Positions 1-8,611 of a stretch of 15,674 bases of DNA are shown here, piece by piece (the stretch's first letter is position 1; every line of letters begins with the position of its first letter). The DNA is from Prasinococcaceae sp. CCMP 1430 (Eukaryota; Plantae; Prasinodermophyta). The stretch is taken from assembly GCA_013416795.1 (NCBI GenBank), contig RQSC01000015.1, positions 555,909 to 571,582 on the forward strand, written 5' to 3'. The translations under genes were made by a program, and so were the position numbers. The notes below the pieces were generated by a model. That model was given only the letters and a program-made list of their open reading frames with translations. It did not search any database and was not told the origin of the DNA.

Positions 1-105
1 GCGCGCGCGAGCGAGCGCCCACACGTGCCCAGGCGTGCGCGGGCTCGGGTGCGTGCGACTGTGAGAGCGAGCGAGCGAGCGAGCGAGTGCCCAGGCGTGT
101 GCGCC

Positions 106-953
106 ATGCCCGCTGCCAAGGCGCCCGGGCGCGCCCCCGGCGCCAAGTCGCTCGCGCTGGTCGAGGACGACGACGACGGCACGCTCGCCGTGGTGCCCCC
201 GCAGCGCGCGGCGTACCCGGGCGCGTACACGCCCGACGGCAAGCCCACCGGCGCGAGGTGCGCGCGCGCGAGGCCGCCCGCAAGCGCGCGCGCGCGCGCG
301 CCGCGGCGAGGCGGTGCAGCGCAGCGCCTATTCAGCCGCTCGCTCCTGGCTGACGAAGCGAGGCCGCGCTCTCCGTCTTCCTCCCCTGCTCGCGCTCGCT
401 CACGCGCAGGCCCATCGAGGGCACTGGCTATGGGTACGAGCCCGACTTCGGGGCGGCGACCTACTACAGCTTCTTCGGCCCGAGCGAGAAGTTCACGCCC
501 AAGGTGGAGCCCGACGGCTCGTACATGCACGACCAGCGCCAGGAGCCCGAGCGCACGCCCGAGGAGCTCAAGGAGCTCAAGCGCAAGGCGTGGGAGCGCG
601 GGGTGCCCATCAGCATGCAGGAGAGCGTCCTGAGCGCCGCCGAGCGCTTCATGGACGACGAGAAGATCTCGCTGGTCGTCGTGAGCGAAATGCACAAGGA
701 CGAGGAGTACGGCATCGAGCGGCGCGAGGACGGCGGCCACTGCGGAGGGCCGTTCCGCCTCAAAGTGTCGCCCAAATGCACGGTGCGCGACCTGCATCTC
801 CTCATCCGCGACGCGGCGGGCATCATGCCGGGTCTGCAGAAGCTCGCCTACCGCGGCGTGGCGCTCGACGACCCCTACCGCCGCCTGGAGCAGTACGGCG
901 TGGCGCACTGGCACGCCAAGTTCCCCGACTGGCCCGTCGTCGTCAAGCAGTGA
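106..953 (+). CDS. Protein of about 231 aa with a C-terminal ubiquitin-like domain; exons 106-257 and 410-953
   Basis: ATG at 106. Phase-2 intron 258-409 (AG|GTGCGC ... CTGAC at 350 ... pyrimidine tract ... GCAG|G) joins MPAAKAPG...KPTGAR in frame to PIEGTGYGYEPDF... and on into the 504-953 ORF. The C-terminal FRLKVSPKCTVRDLHLLIRDAAGIMPGLQKLAYRGVALDDPYRRLEQYGV parallels the ubiquitin pattern. Codons are strongly GC3-biased. There is no terminal Gly-Gly. Confidence 0.8.
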
Positions 954-1039
954 ACGCGAGGCCGCCCGGGCCCGCACGCCCGGGCCCGCACGCCGCCCAC
1001 CGCGCCTTGTGCACCTCCGCGCGCACGCGGCGAGCCGCG
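322..1039 (+). repeat. Copy 1 of a 718-bp direct duplication (copy 2 at 2667-3384)
   Basis: Offset is 2345 bp and the ORFs 504-953 and 2849-3298 translate identically. The copies diverge after GAGCCGCG (1040 A versus 3385 C). Confidence 0.95.
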
Positions 1040-1909
1040 ACGAACGAAAACAACCAGGGGACAAAATCCAGAATGGTCACCCTTCCCCTGCGCGCGCGCG
1101 CGCGCCCGCGCGCGCGCGCCCGCGCGCGCGAAAAACGCCGTCGAAATCGGCACCGGATCCACACGTCGAAACGCATTCAAAATCCAAACAAACTCCACTT
1201 TGTGAATATAGTACACATTACAATTACCCACGGGCGAGTAGCTTCGCGGCGCGCTCGCGCCCTCGCACGCGAGGCAATCTGACCTCGACGCCGCCGCGGC
1301 CCCGCGAGCGCCTCGCGGAATCCCTCCCGAAATCCCCTCCTTCCGCGAAGCTTCCGGCGCCGGAAGTGCGGGCGCCGCGCGCGCGCGGCGCGCGGCGCCG
1401 AGGCGCCGACTGCGACAGGATTTGCGCAAAAAATAGTCTCCCGTGGCCTCGATGACAGACGGATGCATATCATTTCAAGAGGGCGCCGCCACCGGATCGA
1501 CGAGCAAGGTGCGCGGAGTTGTACAGAGTGTGGATATTCGCGCCCGCCCGCGCGCGCGCGCGAATTCGCACTTTCGGATCTTTTTTGGCCACAGCGCGGC
1601 GCGGGCGTTTCGAGGCCGCGCCCGAAAGGTCGCCGCTGCGCGGCTTTTGATTTTTTTATCTTTTTTTGAAGCAGCGTCGACATCCCGTCGATCGATGGAC
1701 GCGCGCGGGCGCCAACAGCCACTTTTTTTTTGCGCGCGCGGCTTTTTTTAAAAAAAAAACGCCGCATTCTTCAACCGAAGTGCGAGCACGAGGTGCGTCA
1801 CTTCGAACGTGCGATGGCGTTTTTGTTTTTGTTTTTGCCGCCCCAAAAAACAACAGCATTTTCCCTCGCGATTTCTTTTGCTTTTGCACTCGGTCCAAAC
1901 CAAAGAAAC

Positions 1910-1938
1910 AAAATAAAAATAAAAATAAAAATAAAAAT
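1910..1938 (+). repeat. (AAAAAT)n microsatellite, about 5 units
   Basis: Directly visible in the sequence. Confidence 0.85.
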
Positions 1939-2007
1939 ATAAATGCGTCCGGAAGGTTCGCGAAGGCTCGCGAAGCGGAGGTGCAGCCAGCCATGGCCTC
2001 GCGCGGA

Positions 2008-2008
<1 letters not shown>

Positions 2009-2060
<52 letters not shown>
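2009..2060 (+). repeat. Poly(A) tract, 52 nt
   Basis: Directly visible uninterrupted A run. Confidence 0.95.
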
Positions 2061-2063
<3 letters not shown>

Positions 2064-2666
2064 TTGCAAAGCAACGCCAAGGTGAAGAAAAAGTTTAAGT
2101 ACAAGTAGTCACTACAGTACGTACCTACAACAGACAGAGGCGTCCCTAAAACAAAGCGTCGCCCGCGACAGACGGATTCGCGCCCGCCTGAAAAGAGTTC
2201 CAAGGCGCGCGCCGCTTGGCCGGGTCGCCCCGTTGTACCCGGGCTACTCATGGAGACTTTCCGCATGGGGCGGCGAAGTGCTGCGGCGCCGCGCGCCGCA
2301 GCCGCCGCGTCAGCATCAGCGCCCGCCGCTGAGCTGGCGCCGCGCGCCGCCCCGTGGGACCGCTGCTCGCCTGGGACGGAGGGAGGGAGGCGGCCGAGGC
2401 GCCGGCCTGCTGCCAAGGGTCCAGCCACCCAGCCAGCACGAGCAGGTTTGGGAGAGGGCGTCGCCGGCGCGCTTTTCACCGGCGCGCGGGCCTGCGGGGC
2501 GCTTTTTCGGATTCGGCCGGGGCGCTTTTCGGCCCCGACGCGGCCGGCCGGCGGCGCCCCGCTCGTCACAAGGATAAAACCCTGGGAAAAAAAAAAAAAC
2601 GGGCGCGAAAGCCAAAATCCGCAGCGGAAAAAAAAAAAAGCCGCGGGCGGGGCGGCAGTTCCCCCN

Positions 2667-3384
2667 CAGCGCCTATTCAGCCGCTCGCTCCTGGCTGACG
2701 AAGCGAGGCCGCGCTCTCCGTCTTCCTCCCCTGCTCGCGCTCGCTCACGCGCAGGCCCATCGAGGGCACTGGCTATGGGTACGAGCCCGACTTCGGGGCG
2801 GCGACCTACTACAGCTTCTTCGGCCCGAGCGAGAAGTTCACGCCCAAGGTGGAGCCCGACGGCTCGTACATGCACGACCAGCGCCAGGAGCCCGAGCGCA
2901 CGCCCGAGGAGCTCAAGGAGCTCAAGCGCAAGGCGTGGGAGCGCGGGGTGCCCATCAGCATGCAGGAGAGCGTCCTGAGCGCCGCCGAGCGCTTCATGGA
3001 CGACGAGAAGATCTCGCTGGTCGTCGTGAGCGAAATGCACAAGGACGAGGAGTACGGCATCGAGCGGCGCGAGGACGGCGGCCACTGCGGAGGGCCGTTC
3101 CGCCTCAAAGTGTCGCCCAAATGCACGGTGCGCGACCTGCATCTCCTCATCCGCGACGCGGCGGGCATCATGCCGGGTCTGCAGAAGCTCGCCTACCGCG
3201 GCGTGGCGCTCGACGACCCCTACCGCCGCCTGGAGCAGTACGGCGTGGCGCACTGGCACGCCAAGTTCCCCGACTGGCCCGTCGTCGTCAAGCAGTGAAC
3301 GCGAGGCCGCCCGGGCCCGCACGCCCGGGCCCGCACGCCGCCCACCGCGCCTTGTGCACCTCCGCGCGCACGCGGCGAGCCGCG
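2667..3384 (+). repeat. Copy 2 of the 718-bp duplication: intron 3' part, exon 2 (2755-3298) and 3' flank of the UBL gene, with exon 1 missing; probably a redundant contig end or the alternative allele
   Basis: It begins exactly at the base after the single N (2666) and appears identical to 322-1039. Confidence 0.85.
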
Positions 3385-3553
3385 CGCGCGAGGCGCGCGC
3401 GAGCCTGCGCCCAGCCCCCCGAGGCCTGCGCCGAGGTGGCGGCACCCTCAGGCAATGTGTGTCGCCAGCACCCCGCAGGCGGCGCTGTTTTTCTTCACCA
3501 ACAAAAACATTTTTTTGCTGTGTGTACGTACGTACCGGTAGTAAGAAAAAATC

Positions 3554-3746
3554 GCCTCTGCAATGCGGTATGAAAAGGGATCGTTTGATGGAGATTCGAA
3601 GCCTTTTTCCTCTCTTTTTCATTTTTATGCCTCTGTAACGCGGTATGAAAAGAGAAGGGATTGTTTGATGAGGATTTGAATCCGCCTCTGTTTTTTTCCC
3701 TGATTTTTCGGAACGCCTCCGTAATGCGTCATGAAAAGGGCGATTT
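3554..3746 (+). repeat. Degenerate tandem repeat of about 2.4 units (periods 75 and 86 bp), core GCCTCYGYAAYGCGKYATGAAAAG
   Basis: Cores at 3554 (GCCTCTGCAATGCGGTATGAAAAG), 3629 (GCCTCTGTAACGCGGTATGAAAAG) and 3715 (GCCTCCGTAATGCGTCATGAAAAG). Units 1 and 2 also share GGGATYGTTTGATG...GATTYGAA. Confidence 0.85.
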
Positions 3747-3869
3747 CAGGACAAACCTAACTCTTTTGAATGGGATTTCGAGCGCCGTCGATTCCAGCGG
3801 GGGCCGCGCGGGCGCCGAAGGGCCGCCAGCTCAGCGCGGCGCACTGAGCGCGCGGATAAAATCGCGCGG

Positions 3870-4120
3870 GCGCGCGCGCGCGCGCGCGCGCGTGTGCGTG
3901 TGCGCGTGTGTACGCGCGCGCGTGTGTGCGTGTGCGTGCGTGTGTGTGTGTGCGTGTGCGTGTGCGTGTGCGTGTGCGCGTGTGTGCGTCTGTGTGCGTG
4001 TGTGTGCGTGTGCGTGTGCGTGCGTGTGCGCCTGTGTGTGTGTGCGTGCGTGTGCGTGTGTGCGTTTGCGTGCGCTGCGCGCGCGCTTGCAGTAGACCCT
4101 CGCGCGCGCGCGCGCGCGCA
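3870..4120. repeat. Compound (GC)n/(GT)n/(GTGTGC)n microsatellite
   Basis: Nearly continuous purine-pyrimidine alternation over 3870-4065, with further (GC)n runs to about 4120. Confidence 0.9.
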
Positions 4121-4258
4121 AGCGCGCAGGCTGGTGCCACACCGACGGCGGAGCGCGCGCGCGCCCTGGGGTGCCCCGCGCGGGGAGGGGCATGGAGGCC
4201 GCCCAGCATGCCCAGGCGCGCACGCACGCGCGCACGCGCGCGCGCACGAGCGCGCGCG

Positions 4259-4987
4259 NNNNNNNNNNNNNNNNNNNNNNNNNNNNNNNNNNNNNNNNNN
4301 NNNNNNNNNNNNNNNNNNNNNNNNNNNNNNNNNNNNNNNNNNNNNNNNNNNNNNNNNNNNNNNNNNNNNNNNNNNNNNNNNNNNNNNNNNNNNNNNNNNN
4401 NNNNNNNNNNNNNNNNNNNNNNNNNNNNNNNNNNNNNNNNNNNNNNNNNNNNNNNNNNNNNNNNNNNNNNNNNNNNNNNNNNNNNNNNNNNNNNNNNNNN
4501 NNNNNNNNNNNNNNNNNNNNNNNNNNNNNNNNNNNNNNNNNNNNNNNNNNNNNNNNNNNNNNNNNNNNNNNNNNNNNNNNNNNNNNNNNNNNNNNNNNNN
4601 NNNNNNNNNNNNNNNNNNNNNNNNNNNNNNNNNNNNNNNNNNNNNNNNNNNNNNNNNNNNNNNNNNNNNNNNNNNNNNNNNNNNNNNNNNNNNNNNNNNN
4701 NNNNNNNNNNNNNNNNNNNNNNNNNNNNNNNNNNNNNNNNNNNNNNNNNNNNNNNNNNNNNNNNNNNNNNNNNNNNNNNNNNNNNNNNNNNNNNNNNNNN
4801 NNNNNNNNNNNNNNNNNNNNNNNNNNNNNNNNNNNNNNNNNNNNNNNNNNNNNNNNNNNNNNNNNNNNNNNNNNNNNNNNNNNNNNNNNNNNNNNNNNNN
4901 NNNNNNNNNNNNNNNNNNNNNNNNNNNNNNNNNNNNNNNNNNNNNNNNNNNNNNNNNNNNNNNNNNNNNNNNNNNNNNNNNNNNNNN
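4259..4987. other. Assembly gap (729 N), probably hiding the 5' part of the downstream gene
   Basis: Run of N. An open, GC3-biased frame starts immediately after it. Confidence 0.98.
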
Positions 4988-4988
4988 G

Positions 4989-7776
4989 TGCGCGGAGACC
5001 GCCGCCGAGGTGGCCGCCGCCGCCGCCACGGCCGCCGCCGAGGCGGCCGCGGAGAGCGCCGCCGCCGAGGACCCCACCGAGGGCGACGTCGCAGAACACC
5101 TCACAGAGGACCTCAACGAGAGCGACCTCGTCGAGCTCGCCGCTGAGGATGCCGCCGAGGACGTTGCGGAGAAGGCGGCCACCGCCGCGGACGCCGCCGC
5201 GGCGGACGAAAAGCACGTCGCCGAGGTCCCCGCCGAGGTCGTCGCCGCGGTCGAGGGGGGCGTCGTCGCCGCCGCGTCGAAGACCCTCGCGGAGAACGTC
5301 GCGGCAATCATGGCGGAGATCGCCAGGGCGGGCGAGAGCGTCGCCGAGAGCGTCGCGGAGGCCGTCGCCGCCGAGGCGATGGTCGTCGAGGCCGCCGTGG
5401 ACGAGACGAAAGTCGACGACAAAGTCGACGACGCAACCGACGAGAGTGTCGACGAGGACGTGGTCGTCGCCGAGGCTGTCGACGACACGATTGAGGACGA
5501 GGCCGTCGCCGACGAAGTCGCCCAAAACACGGACCCCACCACCGTAAACGCCGACAGCCACGCGGTGACCGACACCGACGCCGCGGAGCAGGCCGTCGCG
5601 GAGAGCGTCGAGGAAGACGGCGAGGAGACCGTCGAGGGGACTGCTGCGGAGGCCCACGCGGACACCGACGAGCATTCGGATGGGGATGCCCACGCAGGCG
5701 CAGATGAGGAGACCGTCGCGGAGGCTGACACCGAGGACGCCGCGGAGTCCGACGCGAAGGACGAAGGCGCGGACACCGCCGCGGAGGCGGACGCCGCAAC
5801 CCCCGCGGGGGCCGTTTCAGAGGACACGGACGCCGTCGAGGCGAGCTTCGAGGACGGCATGACCGAGGCGGTCAACGAGGCCGCGGTGCGCACCGAGGCA
5901 GTCGAGCTGACCGACGCCACGAGCGTCAAGGAGGCCGTCGCGGGCGCCGTCGCCGACGCCGTCGCTGACGCGGTGGCGGGGACGGTGGCGGAGACCTTCG
6001 CGGGCTCCGTCGCGCACGTCGTGGCCGACGCCGTCGAGGATGCCGTCACGGAGACCATTGCGGACGCCGTGACCGCGGAGCGCAAACAGAGCGCCTCCAA
6101 CGCCTCTCACACCTCCGCCCCGGGCGGCAGCAGCGTCGCCGAGGGCGCCGAGGCGCTCTACTCCGCCGTCGCGCGCGTGGTTGCCGACGCCGTCGCTGGC
6201 GCCGAGGCGGAGGCGGAGGCGGAGGCCGCCGCCGCCAGGGCGGTCGCCGACGCCGCGGCCGCGGAGATGGACGCAGGGGCGTCCGCTCCGGGGACGTCCG
6301 CGGCGGAGGGAAGCAAGGCCGCGGGGGGGGCGGAGAGGATGCTCGCGGGCGCGCGCGCCACACCGCTGCCCCGCCGCCGCCCGCGCTACACCGACCTCGG
6401 CAAGGTCCTCGCAGGCCTCGGAGAGGACCACGCGGCCGTCGGCGCCGCGGGAAACGTGCTCATCGGCAGCGCGCCGCTGCGCGCGGGCGACCTGCACGTG
6501 CTGGCGCGCGAGGTGCGTGTTTGTGTGCCCTGCGAGCTTTGTGCGCTTTGTGTGTGTATGCGCGCGAGGCCCGCGCATCGCCTGCGCGTTTGCGCGCCAT
6601 CTGCGCGCGCTGCGTCCGAGAGCGAGTCGAGGCGCTGCGCATGCACCGCACACGCTCACCCACGCTCACACACGCACGCACACACGCATCACCCAGGCGC
6701 GCGTGGGCTGCATCCTGAGCCTGGTTCCCAAGGACGAGGTGTCCGGCCTGTCGCGCTCGCAGCTGGCCGACGCGGCGGCGGCCGCGGGCGTGCGCGTGGT
6801 GTACCACCCCATCCGCGACTTCGACGGGGACGACCTCGCCGCGCAGCTCCCCGGGGCGGCGGCGCGCCTCGCGAGAGCGGCGAGGGCGCAGCGCGCGGAG
6901 GCGAGGCACATGCTCGCGCGGGCGCGCGCGAGAGAGGACGCACAGAGTGCGCACGCACACAACAACGGCGACGCGGATGCAGAGGCGGAGGCGTCCGACG
7001 CGGAGATCGAGGCGTCCGACGCAGACCTGCTCGAGGCAGACGCGCGCCCGAACGTGCTGTGCATGTGCACGCACGCTGTGGGTCGCGCCCCCGCGGTGGC
7101 GGTGGCGTACCTCCACTGGTACTGCGGCACCGACCTCGGCGCCGCCGCCGCGGCGGTGGCTGCCGCGCACGGCCGCCTGGCGCCCGCCGAGGGCGCCATC
7201 GCGCGCGCGGGCGCGGCGCTGCTCGACGGCCGCGCCGAACTCTGCGGCATGTGCGAGGCTACCGTGTCGCTCCCCGCGTCGCCCGCGTTCGACCCGGGGG
7301 CGGAGGTATGCGTCGCGGGGGAGTTCACCGGCTGGCGGCCCGTGCGCATGCGGGCGCGCACGAGGAGGTCGGCGAGCTCGACGGGCGGCCCCGCGGATGT
7401 GGTGCACGAGGCCTCCTTCCGCCTCCCGCGAGGCGCGTACGAGTACAAGTTTTTGCTGGACGGCGTGTGGGTGTGCGACGCGAGCGGCGCGGGCGACGAC
7501 ACGCACTGCAACTGGGAGGGCCACACCAACCACGTGCTGCGCGTGCCGCAGGCGGCGGCGCACGCTGGTCGGGAGCGTGCGGGGGATCGCGGCGGCCATC
7601 GGCTTGGTGGTGCACAGGTCGGCGTCGAGGAGGACGGGGAGGGCGGCGAGGGCGGGCGCGGCCGCGACGGCAGCGGCGCGGCGCCGGAGCAGGCGGCGCT
7701 GCGGCTCGCCGCCGCGCGCATGGCGTTCGCGGTGGACCCGTGCTCGCTGGGACCCAAGATGCCGCGGGTGCAGTAA
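4989..7776 (+). CDS. 5'-partial glucan phosphatase-family protein (SEX4/LSF family, LSF1-like): acidic Ala/Glu/Asp/Val-rich N-terminus + DSP domain + CBM48; visible exons <4989-6512 and 6697-7776
   Basis: Phase-0 intron 6513-6696 (GAG|GTGCGT ... GCTCAC ... CCCAG|GCG) joins VLIGSAPLRAGDLHVLARE to ARVGCILSL. Motifs: HPIRDFDGDDLAAQLP (SEX4-type IRDFD loop) and MCTHAVGRAPAVAVAYLHW (Cx5R). CBM48 motifs are EVCVAGEFTGW, LPRGAYEYKFLLDGVW and GHTNHVLRV. The C-terminal LAAARMAFAVDPCSLGPK resembles the LSF1 tail. Confidence 0.88.
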
Positions 7777-7803
7777 TACCCTTTCATACACATCCTCCGC
7801 ATC

Positions 7804-8611
7804 CTAGACGTCGTCTGGCGCCGTCACGAGCACTGCCGCCGCGAGCGCGAGGCAGACCGCAGCCGGTTGCCACATGTTGTCCTGCTGGTGGAGATGGGTG
7901 CTGACGGCGCCCACCAGGATCGTGGCGAAGAGCTTGTTGGCAGGTGCGCGCACGCTCAATCGTCAGCGTGTGCGCTAGAATACGTGTGTGCACGTGCGTG
8001 CGCGCGTGCGTGCGTGCACGTGCGTGCGTGCGTGCGTGTGTGTGTGTACCTTGGCGAGCGTAACGCGGAGGGGCGGCACGAGCAGCCCGGTAATACCGAG
8101 CGCCGTCTCTGTGGTGCCTATCAACGTCATGAACTGCACCGGGGTGACCGGCAGGAAGGACCACGTCGTGGGCGTGAAGTAGGCGAACTGCTCGGCGAGC
8201 AGGGCATGCATGTCGGGGAAGATCTTGTTGGTCACCTGCACGGCGTGACGCGCGCGCGGAAGGAGGAAAGAGGGGCCGGATGAGCGCGTCGATGGGTCGA
8301 CGCGGCGGGGATTGGCGGCACAGACACATCAGCGCAGGCTGAAGGACCGAGGCGGGCGGCACGCCCAAGAGGTAGTTGGACAGCCTCGCGGGTCGAGACG
8401 CGGCGGCTGCGCTAAACGAGGCAGAGGCTCCCACGCAGCCCGGCGCAGCCAGCGGTGGGGCGAGCTCGCCGCCCCATCTCGCACGCCAGCGCTCTCAGCG
8501 CCCCCCCCCCTCTCTCTCTCTTGCGCGCGCTCGCGCGCCGCGCACCTTGTTGAGCCCGACGAACGTCGCCATCGCAAAGCACAGCACGCTCGCGACCGCG
8601 TGCGCCGCCAT
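7804..8611 (-). CDS. DoxX/TMEM35-like small membrane protein, 126 aa; exons 8611-8546, 8235-8050, 7932-7804
   Basis: Spliced product: MAAHAVASVLCFAMATFVGLNK|VTNKIFPDMHALLAEQFAYFTPTTWSFLPVTPVQFMTLIGTTETALGITGLLVPPLRVTLAK|LFATILVGAVSTHLHQQDNMWQPAAVCLALAAAVLVTAPDDV*. Phase-0 introns are 8545-8236 (GTGCGC..TGCAG) and 8049-7933 (GTACAC..CTGAC..CAAG). It has four hydrophobic segments with the DoxX-like pattern GxxK...GxxE...G...GAxxxH...D. Confidence 0.78.

Larger units (their letters stand above)
1040..2665. mobile_element. Candidate non-autonomous insertion in the 3' flank of the UBL gene; right end not assembled
   Basis: It follows copy 1 but not copy 2 of the duplicated block. It has no credible ORF and a distinct texture of A/T tracts alternating with CG-rich palindromes. 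No TIR pair or TSD can be demonstrated because the contig ends at N2666. Confidence 0.45.

Noticed and set aside
24-99. Repeated GTGCCCAGGCGTG upstream of the UBL ATG (similar word near 4209) as a cis-element
   Set aside because: It could simply be a short local duplication in GC-rich simple-repeat DNA, and there is no independent support.
1177-2698. ORFs inside the candidate insertion, including the poly-Lys and poly-Phe frames
   Set aside because: These are translations of homopolymers and GC-rich filler with no codon bias or transposase/RT motifs.
2849-3298. Second functional paralog of the UBL gene
   Set aside because: It lacks exon 1, starts at an N and is identical even in intron and flank. 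Assembly or allelic redundancy explains it better.
2081-3499. 12-bp inverted match GGTGAAGAAAAA (2081-2092) / TTTTTCTTCACC (3488-3499) as TIRs
   Set aside because: The match is short and low-complexity, spans the contig join, has no TSD and does not coincide with the insertion boundary.
3661-3705. Box C/D snoRNA (TGATGA..CTGA), hammerhead ribozyme or tRNA B-box
   Set aside because: The C-D distance is only about 40 nt. The hammerhead core lacks the leading C and the GAAA after the hairpin. No cloverleaf or A-box surrounds the TTC(G/A)AATC-like words.
3554-3746. CRISPR-like array
   Set aside because: The context is eukaryotic, there are only three degenerate cores, the intervening sequences resemble each other, and there are no cas genes.
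3746-6100. Long minus-strand Ser/Ala/Thr-rich ORF (and 3831-5693)
   Set aside because: These are antisense shadows of the GC3-biased acidic exon, artificially lengthened by the N gap and microsatellite.
3894-7904. Single 1336-aa ORF
   Set aside because: It starts in a microsatellite, crosses the gap and goes out of frame after the intron at 6513. The real C-terminal domains are in another frame.
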